From positions 1 to 38,030 of IMG/VR virus record IMGVR_UViG_3300020045_002115: a stretch of DNA of 38,030 nt. One strand, 5' to 3'. The position numbers and the translations under genes were made by a program. Under the pieces are notes generated by a model. The model saw nothing but the letters and a program-made list of their open reading frames with translations, was not told where the DNA came from and did no database searches. This document shows positions 27,732-34,783 of the stretch, piece after piece (within the stretch, counting starts at the first letter, position 1; each line of letters starts with the position of its first letter). Origin of the DNA: a virus. Lineage: Duplodnaviria; Caudoviricetes.

Positions 27732-28647
27732 GAAATGCGCCTTGTTTCATAGTGAGCTTTCTGCTTCATTCTCTTTTTTAATAAAATTATTTTTTTCTTC
27801 CTCCCCTAAAAAAGAAAACAAATTTGGTTGCGTAGATTTTTCTACTCTGATTATTCCTCTTGCCATATCCAATATCAACAAACCAAGTTCAGGAAATACG
27901 CAGTTCCGCAACACTTGTCTTTTGTTCGGTATTTTTATTTCGCTCAAATCAAATCCGTGTAACGACATCAGTTCCGGTATTTGAGCTTCACGGATAATTC
28001 TCTTTCGTGTTCCGTGCATCAGCGTTCCTATCTGCACTCCATAATCTTTTTTCGGTATAGTAAAATTTGACCAGAAGTAATGCCTTCCGCTTTCTTGTGG
28101 CTTTATCAATGGTTCGTAATAACTAATCACATTCTCCACTACATATTTTCCTTTAAACCATTCTTGCAGCAAAATTATTTCCTGATATAATTTCATATCG
28201 GGATATTTTACCGCCCATCTTCCGCCATTTGAGTAATTGATTTTGCTATGTGTCGGGCAAGGCGGTGAACTCCAAATGAAATCAAACTCCTGATAATGTT
28301 CTAACAGGTATTGGTGAGCATCGCCAACAATAACTTTATCATCAGGAAAAAATTTCTGATACACTCCTGCAATATCGGGATTGAACTCAACGGCTGTTAC
28401 TTCAACATCAGTCCACAGTTTTCTGTTGCCTCCAATTCCGCAGTATAGATTTAAAACTTTCATTTGTTCCAAATGATAAAAGGTTTGCCCACGCTCAAAA
28501 AAATAATTTTATTAAAAAAGGTTTCTCGTTTCATAGTTAGTTTTGTGGAAGCGCACTTCATATAACACCGGCTTTAATGCAATTTTGTTTTTGAGTTTTC
28601 TATTTTTTGAATTTGGTAAAAACAAAACTGACATAAAGCCGTAACCG
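27726..28647 (+). mobile_element. Gene cassette 2 (922 bp), C5-MTase
   Basis: GTTATATGAAATGCGC (27725-27740) is complementary at 15/16 positions to GCGCACTTCATATAAC (28551-28566). Confidence 0.8.
27747..28463 (-). CDS. DNA cytosine-5 methyltransferase-like (short phage type)
   Basis: LNLYCGIGG, SSPPC, VVENV motifs; likely start MKVLNLY (ORF track start 28472). Confidence 0.85.
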   Translation of the reverse strand: MKVLNLYCGIGGNRKLWTDVEVTAVEFNPDIAGVYQKFFPDDKVIVGDAHQYLLEHYQEFDFIWSSPPCPTHSKINYSNGGRWAVKYPDMKLYQEIILLQEWFKGKYVVENVISYYEPLIKPQESGRHYFWSNFTIPKKDYGVQIGTLMHGTRKRIIREAQIPELMSLHGFDLSEIKIPNKRQVLRNCVFPELGLLILDMARGIIRVEKSTQPNLFSFLGEEEKNNFIKKENEAESSL

Positions 28648-28653
28648 TTACAA
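28560..28653 (+). repeat. attC-like site 2 (94 bp)
   Basis: ATATAAC-AC-CGGCTTTA...TTTTGTTTT / AAAACAAAA...TAAAGCCG-TAACC-GTTACAA. Confidence 0.8.
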
Positions 28654-29499
28654 GCAATGCTACATTCGTTTTCATATTGAGCTTTTCGTTTCAACTTTTA
28701 ATAATTTTTTTCCCTCCTTTAAAAAAGAAAGTAATTGTTCACCTACAAATTTCGTGTAAGCCGGTGGAATACTTTGCGCAAGTTCATATTGCCCCAACCA
28801 ATTCAATCCGGTCATTTCGCCAACCTCTTTCACACCGGAGAAATGCCCAACATATTGTATAAATTCTTCCGGCTTTGCTCTCCTACCCATCTTTGCATTT
28901 TTGGCTATATGCTTTGGATGCTCCGGCACTTGTATTTCAAAATTGCTTTCAAACAATCTGTGCCTGTAAGTCCGTAAGCCAAACATTGCACCGCACAATT
29001 CAACCGGATTTATTAACGGGCTTCCCGGCACATTCTCAATTACAAACGGCTTTCTTGTTTTAAGCAATTCAACTCTTGTTGCCTCAATCAAGTCCGGGTA
29101 AATTTTGCCGTTAATCCTAAATTGCATTGATGCCATTGAATATCCTTGACAGGGCGGTGATGCGTGTATTGCATCGTATAAGTGCCAATTCTCTTTCAGG
29201 TATTCAATAGCATCTGCCTGTATAAATTTACCCCTGTATTTTGGTTGTGGCTCAATGTCAATTCCGGTTACATCAAATCCGGCTTGCTCATATCCAAAAC
29301 TTGCACCACCGGCACAGCAGTATAAATCAAGTAACTTAAAATGCCCTCGCTCAAAAAAATTATTAAAAGTTGTTTCGTTTTCCATATCAATATTTCTACT
29401 TAATTAACCGCACTGCTTGTAACACGGGCTTTAATTCAATTTGCTTTTTTCTTGTTTATTTTTTAGGGGCAAAAAGCAAACTAAATAAAGCCCCAACCG
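28648..29499 (+). mobile_element. Gene cassette 3 (852 bp), C5-MTase
   Basis: GTTACAAGCAATGC (28647-28660) is complementary at 13/14 positions to GCACTGCTTGTAAC (29410-29423). Confidence 0.8.
28672..29385 (-). CDS. DNA cytosine-5 methyltransferase-like (short phage type)
   Basis: LDLYCCAGG, ASPPCQ, VIENV, RHRLFE, SIPPAY. Confidence 0.85.
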   Translation of the reverse strand: MENETTFNNFFERGHFKLLDLYCCAGGASFGYEQAGFDVTGIDIEPQPKYRGKFIQADAIEYLKENWHLYDAIHASPPCQGYSMASMQFRINGKIYPDLIEATRVELLKTRKPFVIENVPGSPLINPVELCGAMFGLRTYRHRLFESNFEIQVPEHPKHIAKNAKMGRRAKPEEFIQYVGHFSGVKEVGEMTGLNWLGQYELAQSIPPAYTKFVGEQLLSFLKEGKKLLKVETKSSI

Positions 29500-29505
29500 T
29501 TAGGA
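29417..29505 (+). repeat. attC-like site 3 (89 bp)
   Basis: TTGTAAC-AC-GGGCTTTA...TTTGCTTTTT / AAAAAGCAAA...TAAAGCCC-CAACC-GTTAGGA. Confidence 0.8.
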
Positions 29506-29523
29506 CAAAATTTCCTCCGCTCA

Positions 29524-29625
29524 TTATAGTGGAGAGTAACCCAACATGAACGAAACAATACTCACCATGACAAGAGTGAATAATATCCCCCATAAGAAAC
29601 CGCTTATCCAATCTTTGTCTTTCAT
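29524..29625 (-). CDS. Small single-TM peptide (33 aa)
   Basis: MKDKDWISGFLWGILFTLVMVSIVSFMLGYSPL; ATGA-coupled to exonuclease. Confidence 0.5.
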   Translation of the reverse strand: MKDKDWISGFLWGILFTLVMVSIVSFMLGYSPL

Positions 29626-30368
29626 TTTATTTCAATCAACAACTTGCCGGCTTCGATGATACGCGAAGTTAAAAAATCTTTGTCTTTTTCGGGAATCTCA
29701 AAACGGTAAATATTCAGATTCTTATAATGCTTATTCCCATCTGGCAAGTACGCGAGTTTTGATTTGTGGGATTCGTAAATGAATCTATATTCATGTGGGT
29801 TGTCGCCATCATAATTGTATGCCTCATTTGAAATATCCTCAAGTTCGCTTTCGTATGGCATATAAAGGATGGCCTCCATTAAATTAAAGCCCCATATACA
29901 GGCGTTAGAAACAAGCTGCCAATATTCTTTAGCGTAAGATTTTTTCCATTCCGAAAGGTCGCCAGTTTCTTTTGCCTTTATTAGAACGTCATTATATTCT
30001 GCAAAGTTTTGTGGCTCATAACATTTCGTATCAGCGACAACCCCGTCCTGTTTACAAACATTGTCCTGGCTCCCCGCCCAAATGTCGCCATGAACCGGAT
30101 GAAGCATTGTGACATTGCTCAATAGTTCGTATGAAGTAGGGAGTAGATCGTGAACCCGTTGCTCTAAGAACTGTCCCCACTTAGTTGACCTGTTGCCAGC
30201 ATCAAGCGATAGCGACCTCCCCAACTTGCGCTCAAGATTCTTTTCGTGAACGTAGGAATAAAAGGGTGCGCCATACGTTCCTGCGACCTTTCCGTTTGTG
30301 GTTAGCCTGAAATTCTCCGATGAAGTGAAGCGCCCATTTCTTTCGGTATTATTTAAAATACCGTTCAT
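29622..30368 (-). CDS. YqaJ/lambda-exonuclease-like recombination nuclease
   Basis: R.GRFTSSE, WGQFLE, AGSQD, DTKC, YWQ motifs; follows SSAP gene. Confidence 0.75.
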   Translation of the reverse strand: MNGILNNTERNGRFTSSENFRLTTNGKVAGTYGAPFYSYVHEKNLERKLGRSLSLDAGNRSTKWGQFLEQRVHDLLPTSYELLSNVTMLHPVHGDIWAGSQDNVCKQDGVVADTKCYEPQNFAEYNDVLIKAKETGDLSEWKKSYAKEYWQLVSNACIWGFNLMEAILYMPYESELEDISNEAYNYDGDNPHEYRFIYESHKSKLAYLPDGNKHYKNLNIYRFEIPEKDKDFLTSRIIEAGKLLIEIK

Positions 30369-31027
30369 TTTGCCATTAGGGATTTATGAAGTTTTCGGAA
30401 AGACTTGGTTTCATTGCCGTTCAGGATGCGTTCAGCGTCCGTTATTTCGGCAGGGGTGAGAGATTCCTTCTTTAGTTCAAAGAGCGTTTGTAGCTCATCT
30501 TTGTCAATCGTAGCCCCATTCAGGTCAACATTAATCTCCCTGAAATCCTCTTTATTGTAAATGTCGGCAGCTATGCCTATTTCGGAGGCGCATTTTTTCA
30601 GACAATCGGTTGCTGCGGCCTTCAGGTCGTTGCCGATTGACAAAGGTACTTTCGGGGCGTTCGCGGCCTTTTCGGCATCGGTTTGTTTCCGGTAAATAAT
30701 ATCCTTATTCCCGAATTGCATTTTAATAATTTCCTTCCCTCCACTTCGACAAGTCAGGCGACCTTTTACTATGGCCTCATCATGCAGGATAATCTGCTCC
30801 ACAATTTCAAATGACCAGTCCCATCCGAACATAAGGTTAAGGCACTTCTTTACGTAGCCCCCGGTAACGTAGTCCCATTTGCCGCCTCCCTTTGCCGGGC
30901 GTTGTTTAACATATTGTTCAGGAGTTTTCTTTAAAAGGCGCTCAAGCTGAAATTTATTGAGAGCGTTGTTTTCAACCAGGGAAAGTTCTTCGGGTTGAAT
31001 TAATGCGAGTTCATTCTTAGTTTCCAT
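30365..31027 (-). CDS. Rad52/22-family single-strand annealing protein (Sak-like)
   Basis: LNLMFGWDWSFEI, LKAAATDCLKKCASEIGIAADIY. Confidence 0.85.
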   Translation of the reverse strand: METKNELALIQPEELSLVENNALNKFQLERLLKKTPEQYVKQRPAKGGGKWDYVTGGYVKKCLNLMFGWDWSFEIVEQIILHDEAIVKGRLTCRSGGKEIIKMQFGNKDIIYRKQTDAEKAANAPKVPLSIGNDLKAAATDCLKKCASEIGIAADIYNKEDFREINVDLNGATIDKDELQTLFELKKESLTPAEITDAERILNGNETKSFRKLHKSLMAK

Positions 31028-31110
31028 AATTTTTTATTGAGAGTTTACTGTTTGCGTTTTCGCCCCGTCATACCCTCCGAAGAGGGCTGACTGTCCGAGC
31101 GAATCAAAAA

Positions 31111-31278
31111 TCAATCTTGATTCAGTTTTTGAAGTGAGGCGATTGCTTCATTGAGAACTTTTAACTCCTCATCCTTTTTAATCACCTCCGCCTTGTCGTT
31201 GATGATTTCATTCTTTAATTCTTCAGCTTGCTTTTGTAGCTTGGCGATTTGATGACCACTTACTTTAATCTTTCCCAT
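31111..31278 (-). CDS. Small coiled-coil protein (55 aa)
   Basis: MGKIKVSGHQIAKLQKQAEELK...; below ORF-track cutoff. Confidence 0.55.
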   Translation of the reverse strand: MGKIKVSGHQIAKLQKQAEELKNEIINDKAEVIKKDEELKVLNEAIASLQKLNQD

Positions 31279-31290
31279 AGGTTTGTTTAT

Positions 31291-31599
31291 TTAAATTGTT
31301 TGTAATTGAAAATTCTTTATTAACTCAATTCCTCTTTCAAGGTGTGATTGAAACTCACTTTCGGTTGATGCTCTGTAATTGGAGTTTGTGAAAAACGAAC
31401 CTACGTTGGTGTCAATAGTAGATACACTTACTCCGCCCGTTTCGTTTATCCAGCACTTACAGACGGTGTTTTCGTCAATAATTTTAACGACCTCTTTGAA
31501 GTAGCCCTCATCGTTGCCCGTTACTCTGTAAGCTGGCAATGTGATTTCCCTTTCAACTACTTCAGGGGATACGGGTACTGTGATTGTAATGGTTTTCAT
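31291..31599 (-). CDS. Hypothetical protein
   Basis: 102 aa, A-rich leader. Confidence 0.65.
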   Translation of the reverse strand: MKTITITVPVSPEVVEREITLPAYRVTGNDEGYFKEVVKIIDENTVCKCWINETGGVSVSTIDTNVGSFFTNSNYRASTESEFQSHLERGIELIKNFQLQTI

Positions 31600-31621
31600 T
31601 TTATTTTAGATTAAACTGTGA

Positions 31622-31741
31622 ATAAAAAACCTCAGTCCCAACGAGTGCATTACGTTCGCGATTCCGGTGAAGGCGGGGACTGAGGCAAGAAGTTTAATTT
31701 GATTCACCGGAACTTTATTTTGTAATGCGAAGGCAAAGATA
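31622..31741 (-). promoter_or_regulatory. Promoter (TATCTTTG) plus structured attenuator-like leader
   Basis: -7 box at 31734-31741; stem 31630-31639/31676-31685 followed by U-tract; loop complementary to 31703-31712 and 31722-31728. Confidence 0.65.
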
Positions 31742-31938
31742 ACTAACTTAATTGAATAACAAACTAATTGTAAATAATCATTGAGAGGGCGGTTACAGAA
31801 ATCTGATATGAGCAATTGCCCCGCCTTGCGTACTTCAGCCGGAACCATGACTTAGTACAAAATGCGCCTCCGAAATAACCCTGGTTGTCGAACTTGCGGC
31901 AAAGTAGCTGGCTCTTAATGGATGGGGAGAGTTTCATT

Positions 31939-32208
31939 TTATATATTTGATTCAAATAAGTGCCATACTAAAGCCCCGCCCATCTGCTGGAAAGTACCTA
32001 TGTATTTATAGTCTATCAGTTCAAATGGGTTGCCAGTTCCCTGTATGCAGAAGGTTCGTATTTCCTTTGGCGCTTCTGGGTTTACGATTGCCCATATAGT
32101 ACCTACCGCGCTTTGATTTTGCACCGTAAGTATTTCTGCGCCTTTAGGCATTTCAATATGAAACACATCGTCAATAGCAAATGTAAATTTCCAAATTGTT
32201 TTTTTCAT
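31939..32208 (-). CDS. Conserved small phage protein
   Basis: MKKTIWKF...MPKGAEILTVQ...GTG...YIGTFQ...VWHLFE pattern recalled from many phages. Confidence 0.75.
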   Translation of the reverse strand: MKKTIWKFTFAIDDVFHIEMPKGAEILTVQNQSAVGTIWAIVNPEAPKEIRTFCIQGTGNPFELIDYKYIGTFQQMGGALVWHLFESNI

Positions 32209-32305
32209 TTCACTCGCACATTAGTAAATATATATATTGTTTCCGCTATCAATGCTAAAAGGCAAAAGCCGAATAATAGTAAAAGCGTTATGAAGTTTTT
32301 GCGGG

Positions 32306-32521
32306 TCATTTTTCTGCAAGTCTAATGTATTCCTCGTCATCTGTTTCCTGTTTGCCAACGTAATCCATTACGTCCGCCTCCGCTAACGAGCCGAGCCAGC
32401 TGGCAATGTCTGACTTTTTTATCTTGCCTTTCGTTCCGTCAAAGTTTCTCATAGCTTGCTTTAGTTCGGCTAAAGAATAATCTACTGTAATAGTTAGTTT
32501 TGTCATTTCGCTTTCCTCCAT
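32306..32521 (-). CDS. Hypothetical protein
   Basis: 71 aa early-region ORF. Confidence 0.55.
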   Translation of the reverse strand: MEESEMTKLTITVDYSLAELKQAMRNFDGTKGKIKKSDIASWLGSLAEADVMDYVGKQETDDEEYIRLAEK

Positions 32522-32715
32522 TCAAAATATGTAACCTTAATCCTTTCAAGTATAAACCCCGCCTGCCCGTTGCCGCTTTCGATTGTAGGGCGGCTGAACA
32601 GATGGAAGTGTAACCGTATGCCGGACTTCGCAAGCTGTGAGACCAACCAGGTTTTAGTTTCGGGATTCATATCTCTTTTGGTGAATTGCGAAACCTTCAA
32701 GATTCTCGGTTTCAA
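32503..32715 (-). CDS. Hypothetical protein
   Basis: 70 aa early-region ORF; start uncertain. Confidence 0.45.
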   Translation of the reverse strand: MKPRILKVSQFTKRDMNPETKTWLVSQLAKSGIRLHFHLFSRPTIESGNGQAGFILERIKVTYFEWRKAK

Positions 32716-32854
32716 ATAAAATGCGTTCGTCTAAATTCCTCATGCGTGCATTGAGTATTTTCTTTTGGTCATCGGATAATCGGTCAAGCCATTCAAGATA
32801 ATAATCGAATAGCTCACCGTACTCACGAATTAAAGAATAGATTAGGACTGTCAT
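32654..32854 (-). CDS. Hypothetical protein
   Basis: 66 aa, ATGA-coupled. Confidence 0.55.
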   Translation of the reverse strand: MTVLIYSLIREYGELFDYYLEWLDRLSDDQKKILNARMRNLDERILFETENLEGFAIHQKRYESRN

Positions 32855-33051
32855 TTCTGTAAATGTGTTTCGATGTCAATACATTTGTCGCATTGCTCGC
32901 GGCACTTAACGGCTGTTCCGATAGTTTCTTCACCGTAGCAATAAAAGGCGTTCTCTCTTTGCTGGTCGAACTTTTCAGCGGAGGCATCTTCTTTTAAAGA
33001 GCGTCTTTCTTCGCGCTCGTAAATTGGTTCGGGTTCGTTATCGTAGCTCAT
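32851..33051 (-). CDS. Hypothetical Cys-containing protein
   Basis: 66 aa, coupled. Confidence 0.55.
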   Translation of the reverse strand: MSYDNEPEPIYEREERRSLKEDASAEKFDQQRENAFYCYGEETIGTAVKCREQCDKCIDIETHLQK

Positions 33052-33251
33052 GTTAATTGCTCCCCTAATTTTTGTCCTGTTCCATTACACGTTTCGCATA
33101 CCGCTAAATCAGAATGTTCTTTACAGTCTGAGCAAATTAGAATATCAGTATCAATAGGCGCGCCACAACATTCGCTAATAACGGGAAAGTCGCCAAGGCA
33201 ATCAGGGCAAACCGTGGGGGTTATTTTTAAATTAAGGTTACTCATTTTCAT
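33048..33251 (-). CDS. Zinc-finger-like protein
   Basis: CPDC, SECCGA, CSDC, CETCNGTG. Confidence 0.65.
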   Translation of the reverse strand: MKMSNLNLKITPTVCPDCLGDFPVISECCGAPIDTDILICSDCKEHSDLAVCETCNGTGQKLGEQLT

Positions 33252-33305
33252 TACTGATTAAAATAATTATCAATACTACTGCTATTTTTAAAAGGGAGAA
33301 TATCA

Positions 33306-33515
33306 TCATTTCTCTGCAAGGAGTTTAGCAAGTTTCTTTTCGCGCTTGTCGTAAAAGTCGCGTATCATTATGAACACATCCATCGTGCATCCCGAACCAT
33401 TCATCGCACCGGAAATAGTTTGCCGTGATATATCATTTGCTTCAGCAATGGCATTGACATCGCCATGCTCTTTTAGCTTCTGCCACTTTTGTTTTATTGG
33501 ATTAGGTATTTTCAT
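33306..33515 (-). CDS. Cro-like HTH regulator, first early gene
   Basis: IAEANDISRQTISGAM HTH; directly downstream of promoter. Confidence 0.7.
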   Translation of the reverse strand: MKIPNPIKQKWQKLKEHGDVNAIAEANDISRQTISGAMNGSGCTMDVFIMIRDFYDKREKKLAKLLAEK

Positions 33516-33532
33516 TTTGTAGTTTTGTACGG

Positions 33533-33540
33533 CAAATGTA
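33533..33540 (-). promoter_or_regulatory. Early promoter -7 element
   Basis: TACATTTG 18 nt upstream of the HTH gene, in the largest intergenic region. Confidence 0.65.
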
Positions 33541-33629
33541 AAGTAAAAGTTTTATATGTGTCAAGTATTATTTTTGTTTTTACCTTAACTGTTTGAATAT
33601 TAGCACATAAATTTTACTTTGGATTGCAT

Positions 33630-33657
33630 AAAAAAGCCCCTCACATGGAAGGGCTTT
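33630..33657 (-). terminator. Intrinsic terminator
   Basis: AAAGCCC/GGGCTTT hairpin followed by T-run on minus strand. Confidence 0.65.
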
Positions 33658-33711
33658 GCGTCAGGTCTCTCACCTCTGACGTATTATGAAAATTAAGCGG
33701 TGAAGATATAC

Positions 33712-33740
33712 AAAAAAGTCCCGCCTATCAAAACGGGACT
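33712..33740 (-). terminator. Intrinsic terminator ending late/lysis operon
   Basis: AGTCCCG/CGGGACT hairpin followed by T-run on minus strand. Confidence 0.7.
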
Positions 33741-33785
33741 ATTACATAAATCACGGGTCATAACTCCGCATTCACGAAACTATTC

Positions 33786-33992
33786 TTAACTCAATCCTTC
33801 GAGCCATGCAATCACTTTGTCAATGAGTGCATCGGCTTTGTCGTTGGTGAAGAATTGGATAATGCGAAGGGCTGCAATTAAAATAGGCTTCAACCCGATA
33901 AGCGTTTCCGTTGGAATGGCATCGGTTGAAAAGTCCGCTTCGTGATTTTCTGCAAGCTCATTGAAGTCCTGGATTTGTTTGATGATTTTCAT
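33786..33992 (-). CDS. Hypothetical protein after endolysin
   Basis: 68 aa, amphipathic. Confidence 0.6.
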   Translation of the reverse strand: MKIIKQIQDFNELAENHEADFSTDAIPTETLIGLKPILIAALRIIQFFTNDKADALIDKVIAWLEGLS

Positions 33993-33997
33993 TTTGG

Positions 33998-34432
33998 TTA
34001 AGGGTTTACGATTAAAATATTATTTGATAAAGGTATGTTTCTTATGTCAACGTGCGTCCATGTTTTCGTAAATTCTATATTCTCCATTGCACTCAATCCC
34101 GCCAGCCGGAATAAAGATTCGTTGTTGAGAATCTCTAAATAGACTTCATGCGCGGCTAATCCCTCCACGTTGAAATCTATGGCTCTGCCGAAACGATGCT
34201 GAGAATACCTTGCGCCCGTTGTGCTTTCAGGTACACGGAACCCGCGCTCAAAAAACTGTCCGCCCGTATGCCAATTATTTATGGTCATCGGCTTCCCGAA
34301 ATGTTCACGAATTACTTCAGCAAGTTTGATTAGGTTCGGGTCAATAAACCATGTAGATTTATCTCCAAAGGAATCGTAAATGCCTTTCGGTACAAATTCC
34401 TGAATGACGAAATGCTTGCTGAGTGGCATCAC
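33998..34432 (-). CDS. Endolysin, peptidase M15-like Zn endopeptidase
   Basis: SQHRFGRAID (H-x6-D) and WTHVD. Confidence 0.85.
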   Translation of the reverse strand: MMPLSKHFVIQEFVPKGIYDSFGDKSTWFIDPNLIKLAEVIREHFGKPMTINNWHTGGQFFERGFRVPESTTGARYSQHRFGRAIDFNVEGLAAHEVYLEILNNESLFRLAGLSAMENIEFTKTWTHVDIRNIPLSNNILIVNP

Positions 34433-34539
34433 ATATTCAAATAAAGAATTACAGCAGCCTCAATAATGAGGATAACGATAAATGACCATGCCAGATATCG
34501 CATCCCTTTTTGATATGGGTCGTTATTGTAAACCTTCAT
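34429..34539 (-). CDS. Small single-TM peptide (36 aa), lysis module
   Basis: MKVYNNDPYQKGMRYLAWSFIVILIIEAAVILYLNM; coupled at both ends. Confidence 0.5.
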   Translation of the reverse strand: MKVYNNDPYQKGMRYLAWSFIVILIIEAAVILYLNM

Positions 34540-34772
34540 TCTTTTTTCAGGAACTTATCATCAGAGTTTGTGAAGAAATTCTTCAGCAGGTAGGCAATAC
34601 CTGCCGCTAATCCTGCGTAGCCCAAGGTAGCCCACTCCGCACCTGTTGGGAAATGAGGTGGCGTTGCTGTGATTGCTCCGTAAAGCCCTGTAATGACAAC
34701 TACAAGAACGGCAAGGATGAAACCCTTTGCCAAATCCTTTAATGACAGCGATAAGAATTTACTTTTTTTCAT
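34536..34772 (-). CDS. Putative holin
   Basis: 78 aa, two TM segments, charged ends, near endolysin. Confidence 0.7.
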   Translation of the reverse strand: MKKSKFLSLSLKDLAKGFILAVLVVVITGLYGAITATPPHFPTGAEWATLGYAGLAAGIAYLLKNFFTNSDDKFLKKE

Positions 34773-34783
34773 TTTGTTTTTAT

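Noticed and set aside
28512-28694. 60-aa ORF spanning attC2
   Set aside because: TTG start inside the MTase gene and sequence dictated by the hairpin; the ATGA-coupled 33-aa ORF in another frame is the better candidate.
27526-29505. Hairpins as plain terminators, CRISPR repeats or IS ends
   Set aside because: Spacing is gene-sized and irregular, repeats are not identical, no cas or transposase is present, and cassette-end complementarity is not explained by terminators.
31606-31955. ORFs 31606-31848 and 31764-31955, or a tRNA here
   Set aside because: The ORFs overlap the promoter/structured leader and lack motifs; no cloverleaf was recognised here or elsewhere in the genome.
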